From positions 171,554,001 to 171,618,000 of the forward strand of contig OZ024743.1 of assembly GCA_964016885.1 (NCBI GenBank): a stretch of 64,000 bases of DNA, in the 5' to 3' direction. Below are positions 24,955 through 37,567 of this stretch, in pieces. The notes beneath the pieces were generated by a model. It worked only from the letters and a program-made list of their open reading frames with translations. It was not told the origin of the DNA and did no database searches. Position 1 is the first letter of the stretch. Each line of letters opens with the position of its first letter. Origin of the DNA: Eledone cirrhosa (lineage: Eukaryota). The translations under genes and the position numbers were made by a program.

Positions 24955-25070
24955 TGTGCATTACTGGTACTTTATTTTATCGACCCCGCAAAGATGAAAG
25001 GCAAAGCTAACCTCGTCGGCATTTGAACTCAGAATGCAAAGCGTCGTAACTCTATGCCGCAAAACTGCAA
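24955..25070 (-). mobile_element. tRNA-derived SINE, family 1, partial
   Basis: B-box GAGTTCAAAT and core GCCTTTCATC..GGGGTCGATAAAATAAAGTACCAGT. Confidence 0.8.
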
Positions 25071-25087
25071 TCCCTAATAATAATAAT

Positions 25088-25955
25088 GATTTTTTTGTTA
25101 GTCACACAGGGCTCACATTAAGGAGACATTTAAGGTGTTACAGGACGATACAGTGTGGGTTTTTTGTGTAAAATAGAATTTATAAAAGAGATTAAGAAAA
25201 TAAACATTAAAAAAGCAATGAAACATAACAAATTCCCGAAAGGTGAGGATACTCCAAGGGTTACTCACGGAGAAAGCCCACAAAAACCACGTCCCCCAGA
25301 CCTTAGGGCAAACGCCCTCTCCCAGTTTTCCTACTTCAATACTACAGGAACATTCTCAAGGTAGTTCCTGTCACACTGGCCATTCTTGCCTATCTCACCC
25401 ATCTTTCGACAAACTGGCTCGGAAGCAGCCTATCCCTCTCCCCCCTTTATTTCCTTTTCAGGCGAAACCTGAATAGTTAATGAGAGGGTCGACGTTTTCA
25501 ACCCTTTCAGACGCATCCACCATACGACCTCTTTCACCATGACCACCGGGCAGATAAAAACTGCCTGCCTTTCCTGGTTAAAGGAGGGCGGCGGGGCAAT
25601 CTTCAAGATGGGCTCATCTGATAGCCGGTTCTGTCCTACACGCGACAGCAGATGTTCGACATAAACCCACAAATCAGCGATACTCGGACATTGGACGAAT
25701 GCATGCAGGACGGTCTCGTCGCCCTGCACGCATTTTGAAAAGGCCCGGCTGATGGCACTTCTTTGCCTTTAAAGTTTATCTCGACCTGTCAACGCTCCAC
25801 GGTATCACTGCCAAGCCAGGGATTTCTGGAAGTTATCCATTGGTTCTGGACTGAAAGTTCTCCGGAAGATTATAGCTAGTTGGCTTTCGTTGACACCCAG
25901 AGTTTCCCGAAGGACGTTGTTGCTCTTGCTCTCCACATTGATGCTCACCCGGGTC
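25088..25955 (-). mobile_element. Tx1-clade LINE copy C, 3' fragment ending in (ATT)n
   Basis: FQKSLAWQ and QGDETVLHAFVQCPSIADLWVYVEH are homologous to the copy A C-terminus. Tail reads (TAA)n on the + strand at 25076-25087. Confidence 0.85.
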
Positions 25956-25956
25956 T

Positions 25957-27060
25957 TCTTGAAGAACTGCTTTGCCCACCCCAAATTCTTGTTCACGCTG
26001 CGCAGTACACCTTGTCACCCCCACACAGATCATCGCGGTGAACTCGACGCCACCATCCGGTGCTGTGGCGAACTCATCTGCAATGTCTGTTTCGACAGCA
26101 CCAGTTGGCAAAAGGTAAAGCTCCCAGCGAGGTTCAGTGGCCTTGGCTTCTGAACCGCTTCGGATCTGACACTACTGGCCTATCATTTCTCAATCTCTTT
26201 CAGTCACACTCTCATCAACGATGTCCTCAGCAAGACAACCGAACCTTACGTGGCCCCAGAGCTTGAGCAGGTTCTGGCCCAGTATACAAATGTCCAACAT
26301 AACTGGGACAACATCAAATGTAGGTCTTCCTTCAGGCGGATCACATCTGGCTTGGACTAACACCGCCTCGCTTGCGCCCGATCCACTTCAAGGCCAAACA
26401 TCGAAGCGTCGTTCTATTTGGTGTCCTCCTCATCAACAGGTATCCTTCCTTCTTGATGACGAGTGCACTCGCAAATGGAATAGCCAACACCCCGGTCCCC
26501 ACGTGTGTGGCCACACAAATGCCGTTGTGGTGCTGTCGTTGACAAGCTTGGCCTGCACCCACTGTCATGCCGCTAGAACGCAGGTCGGTTCCTCAGACCT
26601 GCCCCTCTCAACGAAATATTGACAAGGAGCCTGGATGCAGCTGGCTTTCCAATCACAACTAGTGCCAGCGGCATCGACGCGGAGACGACAAGTGCCCCGG
26701 CGGATTTATCCCCTTCCCATTCGAAAGAGGTAGATCCTTCATCTGGGATGCCACATGTTTTGTCACGTTCTCCGCCTCAAACATAGTTGCTTCGGCCACA
26801 AACCCCAGTACTGCGGCCCACAATGTAGAGGACAGGAAGACAAACAAATACCGGGGATTGTCTTGCCGCTTTCTCTTCGCTGCGGTCTGGTTCAAAACTT
26901 CAGGCGTCCTTGGACTCCGTACTGCCGATCTTCTCCACAAGATCGGAACCATAGCAGCCTATGGTGAGGTGAGGTGGCTTTTGCAGTGTGTGTAACTGGC
27001 CATTGTCCGCAGAAATGTCTTTGCAGTTTTGTCCGGGGGGGTGAAGCCAACACCGCCTAG
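25957..27060 (+). mobile_element. CRE-like restriction-endonuclease non-LTR retrotransposon, 3' fragment
   Basis: PKFLFTLRSTPC, SWQKVKLPARFSGLG, LNEI..SL..AGFP, FIWDATC and LAIVRRNVFAVL motifs in decayed frames. Confidence 0.7.
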
Positions 27061-27136
27061 TGCAAATGAAGCTACTCATTATTGTTAATGTTCGATATAA
27101 CAGAAACGTGCATATGTATATAAGTCTAAAGTCTGT

Positions 27137-27385
27137 CTTAAGCCAGAAGGCTCATTTGGCCGGTGCTTATCTCGGTTTCATGGCGTGATGCGAGTGAGAG
27201 TACAAGACTCCAGAGAGGACGCCAATCCATTGCAGGGTTAAACCCCAAGCTATTGGTATTCATTTTTAGTTGAGTAAACTGGAGCAATGTGAAATGAAGT
27301 GTTTTGCTCAAGAACACAACACACGACCCAGGAATCGAACCCACAAGACATTATGATCGGAAGTCCAACACCATTACCACTAGGC
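27137..27385 (-). mobile_element. tRNA-derived SINE, family 2 (CORE/V/Meta-type middle domain)
   Basis: A box, GGTTCGATTCC B box, TGTGTTCTTGAGCAAAACACTT core. Related copies at 39285-39530 and 48105-48185. Confidence 0.75.
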
Positions 27386-27388
27386 TTC

Positions 27389-27485
<97 letters not shown>

Positions 27486-28070
27486 GAGAGAGTCCGCGGT
27501 GCTGAGATTAATGGGGCCACTAATCATGAGAGTACTCGATACATTGGGAGAAGTAGAGTGTGTATAAAAATCTGATAAGGCTTGCTGAACACACAAGCTG
27601 AAACCACTTGGCGTCGCGGTTGGGACTTTACATCTCTCTATATATATATATAGAGAGAGAGAGAGATAGAGACTTACGCACATTGAGGAGTACTTACCTT
27701 GCTTATATCGGCAATTCTACTTCAGCTCGACAGCAACACCACCAACAACATCAATATGACCAAGCTTAAAGTAATGCTGACCTCATCTCAATAACTAATA
27801 GCAACTATATCAACAATTTGACTATGTTTATGATCAGTCATGAATTGTGTGTCTCTCAACAATTATATACAGACGTACTTTTACTTCAATTGTATTTTAT
27901 ATGTTACCCGACATGCCAGAGACTAGAGGAGACAAATTAATAACATAAACAGTTTAAAGTCTATGTTTATACAATCCAATGTGTTTTTTCAATTGTTAAT
28001 GTTAGTATAAAATGATGCTGCTTCTCATAGGACCCTCTGGAAGGCATGTCTGAAGACTCTGTTCCCAATG

Positions 28071-28148
28071 GAAGAAGAAGAAGAAGAAGAAGAAGAAGAA
28101 GAAGAAGAAGAAGAAGAAGAAGAAGAAGAAGCAGCAGCAGCAGCAGCA
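28071..28148. repeat. (GAA)n(GCA)n microsatellite
   Basis: Direct inspection. Confidence 0.95.
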
Positions 28149-28524
28149 AAAAATAAAACTGCGTGAATTCAATTTTAACCAGAATAAAGGCAAACATTAT
28201 ATTGGTGATACTTTCTCGAAGGGACATTACTCTGTCAACCTTTGCTGTTCAAAGTATTGTGATAATTTATCGATAATCTTAGCTTTTCTTTATGGAAAGC
28301 CACTTGCTTTTAGAACCACAGCTCACCGATTCGAAGTTGAAAACAATAAAGTCCTCGTTCCAGACAATGTATTCAAAAAGTCACTTCATATAGGATATTA
28401 AACAATTTATCATTTTAAAAGTCTTGTCATTTTCAATCTACGGGATGTCGTTTATTTTGGGAATCATTGACATCGTTTTTTATTGTTATAGACAAAGCCC
28501 CTCACATATATAAACAATACGAAA

Positions 28525-28895
28525 TAATTGCTTCTACTTTTGGCACAAGGCCAGCAAATACCCAGTGCATTACTGGTACTTTATTTTATCGACCCCGTAA
28601 GGATGAAAGGCACAGTTAACCTCGGCAGGATTTGAACTCAGATCAGAAAGGGGCGTAACTCTGTGCTACAAAGCATGTTGTCCGACCCTCTACCGATACT
28701 GCCACGAAATAATTGTTTCTATTTTAGGCACAAGGCCAGCAATTACCCAGTACATTACTGGTACTTTATTTTATCGACCCCGTAAGGATGAAAGGCAAAG
28801 TTAACCTCGGCGAGATTTGAACTCAGATCATAAAGGGACGTAACTCTATGCTTCAAAGCATGGTGTCCGACTCTCTACCGATACTGCCACGAAAT
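28525..28895 (-). mobile_element. head-to-tail pair of family 1 SINEs
   Basis: Two ~180-bp copies (28525-28705 and 28708-28895), each with B box, core and GGCCTTGTGCC tail. Confidence 0.85.
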
Positions 28896-28977
28896 AATAA
28901 CGGCTAGGCAGTATATTTGCACTTCCGTTGTTCATCTGCAGCCTCATGAAACATCTTTCCGGTTTCCGATCGATGGA

Positions 28978-29150
28978 CCTCCGTCGGCTTCATCGTTGAG
29001 TGGATGAGTGTTCCAGTTGTTCAATCAACGGAACAGCCTGTTCATGAAATTAACAAGTATGTGGTTGGGCATTCCTCAGAGACATCTTCCTAGAATCAGC
29101 ATGACATGAAATGGGACAAGGCTGGCTCTTTGAATTACAAGTACAGTCCA
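28978..29150 (-). mobile_element. SINE-like repeat tail related to 48229-48340
   Basis: Shared CAGGCTGTTCCGTTGAT...CTGGAACACTCA motif in the opposite orientation. Confidence 0.55.
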
Positions 29151-29532
29151 TCATACGAATTTCCAAGCAGTTTCCTTCTATTCTATTTCACTCATAAGAC
29201 ATGGGTCGGTCCAAGGCTATAGGTAATGAGAATGTTCAAGATATCACGGATAACAGTCGAACCTGGGACTTAATGTTGCATTTACGAATTTGTGTCATGT
29301 TAGAGACATCATGCTAACTTAGAAAAATAAGGAAAGTAGATTTAAAGCATGAATAATTATGCCGTTTCTGCTGATGTCAATTTGAGAGAGCTGAATGGCT
29401 GAGACAATGCATTATACATAAACACTGAAGCCGCATATGAGCTCATGGCTGGAGAGCATTTGACCACATTCCTGGTCAATCAGAGCAGACCTGGAGTAAA
29501 ACAAAACCAACAACAAATATAAATGCACTTAC

Positions 29533-29598
29533 CTCTGTGAAAACCTGCCACAGTTCATCCACATGAGCATTGGAGTACTTGTACTTCAAAATGAAGTT
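29533..29598 (-). CDS. M1 aminopeptidase exon
   Basis: 66-nt exon, aacag acceptor and GTAAGT donor. Translates NFILKYKYSNAHVDELWQVFTE, the expected ..Y.Y.NA...DLW.. segment after the previous exon. The upstream intron is ~23.9 kb. Confidence 0.9.
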
Positions 29599-29708
29599 CT
29601 GTTAACGAGAACAAAATAAATGTGAGATCAATGTACCACTCAAAGATAGAGAGTGAGAAGAAGAAGGCAAAAAGATTGAGAAAAAACACTCGTGCGTATT
29701 CAGTCAGC

Positions 29709-29760
<52 letters not shown>

Positions 29761-29843
29761 GTTTACATATATATATATATGTGTGTTTTGCAACGGGTCA
29801 CTTTGTGGCTCAATGAAGAGTTAATAAATTAAAAAATCAGAGC

Positions 29844-30602
29844 TATATATCATAAAACATGTCTATAGAATCACCAGATAAAATATATACCGTTTCCTCT
29901 CCCAATTAGCATAATTAACCATATAAAAAATCAATTAGACCAAGCTATAAGAATAAAGGCTCCTATGAAGAAATCTCCGACAAATAACCGAAAGCAGCCC
30001 TTCGCGGCGGTTGCATAACACACACACACACATACATATATATATATATGTAAACCTTTATATGTAATAATCTCCGTTAGGTTGAGATACAATTTTGGCT
30101 GTATTGGGATGCGCTTTCTAGCAAAAGGCCACCAGCCGTAAGCAACTAATCACATTCTTTCTAACTTGACCACTCCCACGTCACGATTCTTAGCCATTTT
30201 TGAATGTATTCTTGGCGCGATCACATTGAAAAATTAATTGTCTAAATTTGAGCTAACTCCTGAAGAGTCCGGCGCTCCAGATTTCCAATGTTATCGGATA
30301 TCTTAAAATGCGGACGAAACCATGGTAGAGGTAACTAAATATGTTCACCTTTCTCCTAGTTTATTTTACACCTAATTCTGTTTAGTTGACTGTATACACG
30401 ATTTATACACACTGTCGAAATACTCGATAAATACTCCGTCGCAACCGCCGCGAAGGGCTGCTTTCGGTTATTTGTCGGAGATTTCTTCATAGGAGCCTTT
30501 ATTCTTATAGCTTGGTCTAATTGATTTTTTATATGGTTAATTATGCTAATTGGGAGAGGAAACGGTATATATTTTATCTGGTGATTCTATAGACATGTTT
30601 TA

Positions 30603-30611
<9 letters not shown>
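29844..30611. repeat. inverted repeat, arms 29844-30014 and 30441-30611 (~171 bp)
   Basis: Arms are reverse complements with no mismatch seen. The spacer holds a hammerhead. Confidence 0.95.
30257..30330 (+). ncRNA. minimal type I hammerhead ribozyme with a long loop II
   Basis: CTC-CTGAAGA-GTCCG-(39-nt loop)-CGGAC-GAAA-CCATGG-TA-GAG. Intact core and palindromic stem III. Confidence 0.85.
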
Positions 30612-30660
<49 letters not shown>

Positions 30661-31319
30661 GTGCACCTGTTGGTATTCACTTCAATTTATTATGAACTTC
30701 CAGTCGGTTAACTTAATAACCAGATGGTTGTTTATTCTGTGTCCTTCCCAATGATTAATTTGCTATTTTATGCCTATCCTTTGTTCTGTCCGACACCATC
30801 TTATTTTTGTGAGCTGTGCCGTGTAATTGTGCATGCGTTAAAATCGTGTGTGTGTGTGTTTCTTTCTTTCTTTATATGTATATTTAGTTGTCACTAGTTG
30901 GCTGCTTGTTCTATATGTGTGTCTGGTTTGTTTTAATGGTTTGGTTCTTGTGTGTGTCGGTATGTCTTCATTTTGTCTTTAGTTACTAGTAGTGATGTTG
31001 TTGTTATTCCACACCATGTTTTCTGCTTAGTTTCAATATCTGTTTCAACACACGTTTTCAGATAAAAAAACCTTGCAAAAGTATATATATATATATAGTT
31101 CAAGAAAAACAAGTCACAGAAATACAAAAAGATAAGTTCGTAAAGTTTCACGCTCGGGATGAAGTAAATGAGGGTTTCGACGTATCGGACATGTCGTTCT
31201 TTAGGAAATAGCAAGTATGGGGAGGAGAAAAGGCTGCAACAATGGAATTTGAGAAAAAATATATATACGCGCGCGCCTGTGCATATAAGCATATATAGAC
31301 ATTATTATTAACAAAAGAG

Positions 31320-31633
31320 TTATGCGGACGCCATGCTTTGACGTATAGAGTTACGACCCTTGCCATTCTGGGTTCAAATCCCGCCGAGGTTAACTTTGCC
31401 TTTCATCCTTACGGGGTCGATAAAATAAAGTACCAGTAATGCACTGAATAATTGCTGGCCTTGTGCCAAAAGTAGAAACAATTATTAACAAAAGAGTTAC
31501 GGCCCATGCCATTCTGAGTTCAAATCCCGCCGAGGTTAACTTTGCCTTTCATCCTTACGGGGGTCGATAAAATAAAGTACCAGTAATGCACTTGGTAATT
31601 GCTGGCCTTGTGCCAAAAGTAGAAACTATTATT
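31320..31633 (+). mobile_element. head-to-tail pair of family 1 SINEs
   Basis: Two copies, each ending in GGCCTTGTGCCAAAAGTAGAAAC(A/T)ATTATT. Confidence 0.85.
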
Positions 31634-32227
31634 AACAAAACAAAATAAATTGAGCTAGGAGAAATAACGCAAATGGGCCAACTGACATGAATTGATTAAG
31701 AAATGACATACTGAATGCCATGTGCACAAAATCTCTTAATTAAAATTTCCTTAATATCTGGCGAAAGAAAACCAAGGACTTGGTAACAATCGCTATAAAT
31801 TTTCAATAAAAGAGGTAAATGATTTTACGAAATTAAAAATGAATTTCTCAAAGCTAATTTGTATTTATAGAGGAAAGTCTGATCTTTGTTTGCAGAGGGT
31901 CTGCGTTCTAAAGTGTTTCACTTATGGTGGGTGAGAGTGGCGAGATTGAAAAAAACTTAATGGGCTTACTTCGAACATACTTCTCTAAGACAGGAGGAAA
32001 ATAAACTAGAAGAAGGTACTTTTAATGCCTTTGATGATACAGAGTAATCGGGGACATTGTTTGGGCATTTTGCCCCGAATTACCCTCGGTTTGCTTCTTC
32101 CTTAATGGGGAATTCTTGTTTGAAGTTTATGCTTGCACTTATTGTTTTTGTTGATTTGCACCCATTTTACTCGATGTTAATTCCATTTTGTGTTGTAATT
32201 CGTTCTTGTATTGTCCTCAACGTCTTG

Positions 32228-32425
32228 GTTTGGCAGTATCGGTAGAACGTCTGACGCCATGCTTTTCAGCATAGAGTTACGGCCCTTTATGGTCTGAGTT
32301 CAAATCCAGCCGAGGTTAACTTTACCTTTCATCCTTACGGGGTCGATAAAATAAAGCACCAGTAATTTAATCGACACCCACCCCCCTCAAATTACTGGCC
32401 TTCTGCCTAAAGTAGAAACCATTAT
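32228..32425 (+). mobile_element. family 1 SINE
   Basis: TGGCAGTATCGGTAG A box, GAGTTCAAATCC B box, core and ATT tail. Confidence 0.85.
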
Positions 32426-32434
32426 TAGCATTAT

Positions 32435-32738
32435 TGTCTGCTATTTTTTTTAGCTTAGTTCTGTTTCTCTATTGCCGGGTTCAGGCCTTGAACCTAGGGC
32501 AATATATGTTTTCATTATAGAGAGAGAAATTGTCTGAGAATATGTGCTGTTCCTAGTAGCCCGACATTCTGTAACTCATATTTGGTGATCTTCCAGGGAA
32601 GCACGCTAAGGTGCAGGTCTCAGGATTTGGGTATTAATTGTAATGCTCCTATTACCACAGGGACAGTGTTTGTAGTTATTCTCCACATACATTTGATCTC
32701 TATTTCCAGGTCTTTGTATTTTGACAGTTTCTCTATTA
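32435..32738 (-). mobile_element. R4/Dong LINE 3' fragment
   Basis: EKLSKYKDLEIEI..W....VPVVIGAL and LLGTAHILR motifs. Confidence 0.8.
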
Positions 32739-32739
32739 T

Positions 32740-32960
32740 GGCAGTAGCGGTAGAGGGTTGGACGCCATTGGCAGTATCGGTAGAGAGTCGGACGCCATGC
32801 TTTCCAGCATAGTTACGTCCCTTTACGATCTGAGTTCAAATCTCGCCGAGGTTGACTTTGCCTTTCATCCTTACGGGGTCGATAAAATAAAGTACCAGTA
32901 ATGCACTGGGTAATTGCTGGCCTTGTGCCTAAAGTAGAAACAATTATTATTATTATTATT
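32740..32960 (+). mobile_element. family 1 SINE with duplicated head and (ATT)n tail
   Basis: GGCAGTA(G/T)CGGTAGAG occurs twice. The tail runs directly into Tx1 copy D. Confidence 0.85.
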
Positions 32961-35900
32961 GGCTGTCAGTCATTAAAGAAGTGTTTTGGGAGTTCCGCAA
33001 ACGTAGGATATTTTCTGTTTATTTTTATTTATAATAATTGTTGTATTCTTAGAGAAGGGCCGTAAGACTTCTATCTTTCCCTCTGAAGGGGTGACTGTAA
33101 TATTTGGGCCTTTTGGCCCAAATATTTGAACTTTTTTGTATTTAAAAAAAAAAAAAATTCACGAAAAAAAAAAAAAAATGGCTTGAGACCCCCCCCCCCC
33201 CCAAATTTAAGTCTGCTCTCGTGTGACAGCGACCTAAATGTTCAGAGGAGGCAGAGGAGGAAAGCGGCAAACATTCATTTATACTACAAATACATTTAGT
33301 TATACCACCACAAATAGCATAAACAGTTGCAGCAGCAACACCAATAGTGAGAACAATAAACTTTAAAAAAACGATAATACCAACCACAGCAGTAACAGCG
33401 ACAACCAAAAGACAGACAACAGATATGATGACAACAAAAACAACAACGAAATTAACACCACTAACCAGAATATAAACAGCGACAGCACCGACAGCAACAA
33501 TACCAACTGCACCGAGAACAACAACAACGGTGGCACTAAAGATATAACCAATTACAACAGTGATAACAGCAACAGCACCAACAAGAACAACAACAACAGC
33601 GACCACAACTAAAAGAACACTTTCGCTGTGGCAGCAGCCAAGAAAAGGCCATGCTTCAACATGGACTTGACAGACAAGGAGACAAAGTTGGCCCAGGCAT
33701 GGAAGCTCATCAAACAGGAGCAAACCTGGGCTAATTTAACTGTCCCGGCAGAGGCCATAGAAGCGGTGGAGAGGAGAACTCTAGCATTCAGATGCATCTC
33801 AGCTGAGACGAAAAGAGCCACAAACTCTCCCCAAGCAGACGTCGAAGCTGCGTCGAGGTGCATCAGAGGAGATACAGAGTACGTAGCGAGGGGTCAACAA
33901 TAGGCCACCATCTCGGTGCTGTTTAAGTCGGAGGCCCTCGCTTTGAAGCACTCGACGACCCCTTGCAAAATCAGCACGGTTATTATGTACCCCTCCCAAA
34001 TGGGAAAAACAATGATTAGAGTCCGCATTCCCAGGATTCCACCTGGACTAGATATGTGGTGGCTCTTGGGATGCGTGATTGTGGAGGGGTCAGATGCCGT
34101 CCAAATAGAGGTAACCAGGGCAGGAAGAGAGGACTCGTCCGGGGTTGATCTGGAAATACTCTCCAGATCAAACCTGAAGAAATAAAGAAAATCCCGGAGC
34201 AGATCCGCCTCCAAAAGGGGACGGCTCTACAAAAGGCCGCACTGTTTCGGTTGCGGGGGAAAAAACACGCTTACGAGCCTTCTACCCTCACCTGTTGAAA
34301 AATACAAGCGGTCAAAAGTGTCCGCTGCTGCCGACGCCGGGGCCTCAACAACTGCAACATCGTGAAACAACAACACCAACAACAAAATCTAAAGCAGCAA
34401 CACCAGCAGCAACATCAGCAGAACCAACAACAATTGCAAAGACCACCAAGATCACACAGGGGCCACTCCAAAGAAGGTCTCCCACCCCCTCCTCTCGAAC
34501 ACACACACACATTGAAACACACACACCCATACACACACTGCCACTTATATCTGACACAAACACAGAAACCTCTTCATCACTAAGCGAAGACGAGGAGGAA
34601 CACCAAAAGCCAAAAAAAAGAAAAAAAGAAAACACAAGAAGAAATCTCACACACCAACACAGACAGCAAACAAAAAAGACACATTCGCACCAAACACAGA
34701 CACACATACTACAACACCCACCCCTGCAACAACACAAACACCATCTCCACCGACAACACTATCACTAACACAAACAACTAAAAGAAAACACACACAGCAA
34801 CAACTTACAACCACAACACCTAACTTCGTGTTAGTGAGGAAATCGAACACAAAACTGTTGAACCTCATAACACGAAGTAAGGAAATAGAGAAAGAGGGGG
34901 AGGCGTTTAACACCTGCACCTTCAAGGTGCTACAAACACTTTTGCTGGTGCGAATAGCACTAAGCAATTACAAAACAATTAGGGAGAGCTTCCTTAATGA
35001 CGTGGGAACACCCAGTGTAAAAGCCTCAAGTAGGTTTTTAAATGGGTTCCCAAAAGAAACCCCACCAACTGTGGAGGTCGAAATACCCGACCTTCACAAG
35101 AGCCCGGGAGGTAAGTAAACCTTTCCTCTCTCTTTTAGCCTGCCAACATGGCCATATTAAGAGAAGGGTGTTTAAATGTTCGAGGCCTCGGATCGTCCTG
35201 GAAGCAGGGTCACCTGCTCAACGACCTCAGGTCCATAAAAATGGATGTAATTGCCGTCAGCGAGACCAGGATTTCCGACTCGCGCGCACTAGCCTCAATT
35301 TTCGACTACTATTAGATCTTCGCATCTGTTAGTCGACCGGGAATGAGAGGTGGGATGGCAGTATGTTTAGGAAAGGCCTGGATCTCGAGGTAAGGTCGAT
35401 CTTCCGGGACCCGGACGGTAAGTTGGTGGTCCTGGACGTGAACAATAGCGAAGGTGTTGCCTTTCGACTGGTGGCAGGGGCAGGTCGGCCGGATTTCTTT
35501 AGACGCCTGGAAGCCTTTCTGGGTACGTCTCGCCCTTTACTGTTAGCGGGGGACTGGAACGGCATCTTAGACGCACGCTAGGATTGTGTGGGAGTATCCG
35601 ATAGGAGCGGGTGTGCAAAAGCCTCAAGTTCCTGATCAGCCAGTTCCAACAGTCTGACAGGTATCGACTAGATTTTGCTAATGCAACAGTGTGGATCTCG
35701 ACAAATCGTTTAGGGACATCTAGATCGTACTTAGATAGGTTTCTAATAAGATTAGTGGATAAGGATAGTATAGGGTGTCCACAATTACAATCGGTCGCCT
35801 ATTCAGATCACAAGTTTGTGATCTGTATGGTCGACCTAAATAAGACGCGTAGGTTAGGACCTGGTTACTGGAAGCTGAACATGTCATTTCCGGCACGTAG

Positions 35901-35985
35901 GGCTTGCAGGGACCGGGTCAACTATTTAGTTAAGAAAAAGTTGACAGGGAGAGTCGCCAAAAAATAGATGGACAACAATAGTCGC
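32961..35985 (+). mobile_element. Tx1-clade LINE copy D (divergent family), 5' half, decayed
   Basis: ORF1 with CFGCG..KH knuckle. ORF2 from ATG 35148 with LNVRGL, VSETR, LAGDWN, YSDHK and GPGYWKLN motifs. Begins right after (ATT)n. Confidence 0.88.
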
Positions 35986-35989
35986 CAAC

Positions 35990-36197
35990 AAGGCGGTGGA
36001 TTGGCAGTATCGGTAGAGGGTCGGATGCCATGCTTTGACGTATAGAGTTACGGCCCTTGCCATTCTGAGTCCAAATCCCGCCTAGGTTAACTTTGCCTTT
36101 CATCCTTACGGGGTCGATAAAATAAAGTACCAGTAATGCACTGGGTAATTGCTGGCCTTGTGCCAAAAGTAGAAACAATTATTATTATTATTATTAT
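35990..36197 (+). mobile_element. family 1 SINE, full length, with (ATT)n tail
   Basis: GGCGGTGGATTGGCAGTATCGGTAG...GGCCTTGTGCCAAAAGTAGAAACA(ATT)n. Confidence 0.88.
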
Positions 36198-36199
36198 AG

Positions 36200-37567
36200 T
36201 TATCTTGCTTTATGTTCATACGAGTTATCACCAAGTCACAACCAGTGACCTCAAGAGACAACAAGGTTCGCCATGTTCAAGAAAGAGCACACATATACAC
36301 ACATGCACGTTTAGGTGTTTAGACATGTGATGTTCTTATATTGGCAGAATCTTCCTTAGTATATGGGCAGTTCCCATTAGTACTATCTTTTGTATTTCTC
36401 CTATATGCGGGTTTCCCGGGATTTGCGATAAGTAATCATTAGACCCCTTAGGGATCATTCCTAGAGCGCCTACCACCACTGGTATTGTTTTAATTCTAAA
36501 ACTTCCACATTTTTCCAATTTCTATCTCCAGGTCTTTACACTTGCTCAAGTTTTCAAATGTTTTTATAGATACATTCTTGTCTATTGGAACGTACATATC
36601 AATTATCAGGCATACCCTCTTTTTAAAGTCCTTCAGTCTTATATCAGGTCTGTTTGCATCTATTTTTTGGTCTGTTTGATGCTCCCACCAATTCTTTTGA
36701 TGGGGCAGGTCAAAATGCTTACACATTATCCAATGTATGTATTGTGCAGCTCTGTCGTGCCTGTTTAGGTATTCGGTATGTATCATATAATTTCACTGTG
36801 CACATTGAAATTATATGATCAATGGTGTCTGGTTGTTTTTTTACATACACGGCATAATGGGTTGCATCCATTTTTTATTATGTTGGCTCGATAATTTTTT
36901 GTTGGCAGACACTGATCTTGTGCTGATATAATCAGTCCTTCAGTCTCCGGTTTCAGTCCAGAGGATGCCAACCACTGATGGGTTAAAGTTTTGTCAACAT
37001 CAGGATTGTTAGCTCTTTCTGAGTATTTTCCATACAGAGGCTTTTCTTGCCAGTTGATTAGCAGTTCTTTCTTTGCAGTTTCTTTTACCTGCTTTGCTTT
37101 TTCAGTGTTGTTCATATCAGCAGTAAATGGAACTTCTGAAATTTGTAGTTCATTACTGTATTTTTGTGCATCTTTTGTAATGGAGTATGATCTTTTGATG
37201 AATTCATGTTTCAAAACGAGTTTGATCATCCAAACATGTGATTCCCTTAGATATGTAGATAATCCAATTGTTGCAGTTTTCAACGCAATATCTAACTGGA
37301 TTAATCCACGTCCTCCTTATTTCCTAGGGAGATATATTCTATCTGTATCTGTCTTAGGGTGATGCATTCTGTGCATGGTTATGAATTTTCTAATTTCTGT
37401 ATCGAGCCTACGGATCTCTGTGCTTGACCAGTTCATGACATTGTAACTGTAGGTTACTACTGGTATGGCAAGCGTATTTATGGCATCGATCCTATTCCTT
37501 GCATTCAATTCCGTTCTTAAGATTGCTCTTACTCTGCGGTAACATTCCTTCCTTATCCTTTCCCTCA
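36200..37567 (-). mobile_element. R4/Dong LINE 3' part
   Basis: AINTLAIPV, GGRGL, ETEGLIISAQDQ, CRVC, RHD, NRPDI and LMGTAHILRK motifs. The 3' end abuts the SINE (ATT)n tail. Confidence 0.88.

Noticed and set aside
27570-27620. Hammerhead-like CTGATAA-GGCTTG/CAAGCT-GAAA
   Set aside because: The core G is mutated and there is no convincing stem I. At most a dead remnant.
31170-31206. Hammerhead-like CTAAAGA..GAC/GTC-GAAA on the minus strand
   Set aside because: The core is mutated and stems I and III are absent.
35111-35138. 28-nt GT..AG mini-intron fusing Tx1-D ORF1 and ORF2
   Set aside because: Too short for a typical animal spliceosomal intron, and the AG is not conserved in copies A and B.
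35990-36090. tRNA gene
   Set aside because: The A and B boxes belong to a SINE head followed by core and tail, and there is no complete cloverleaf.
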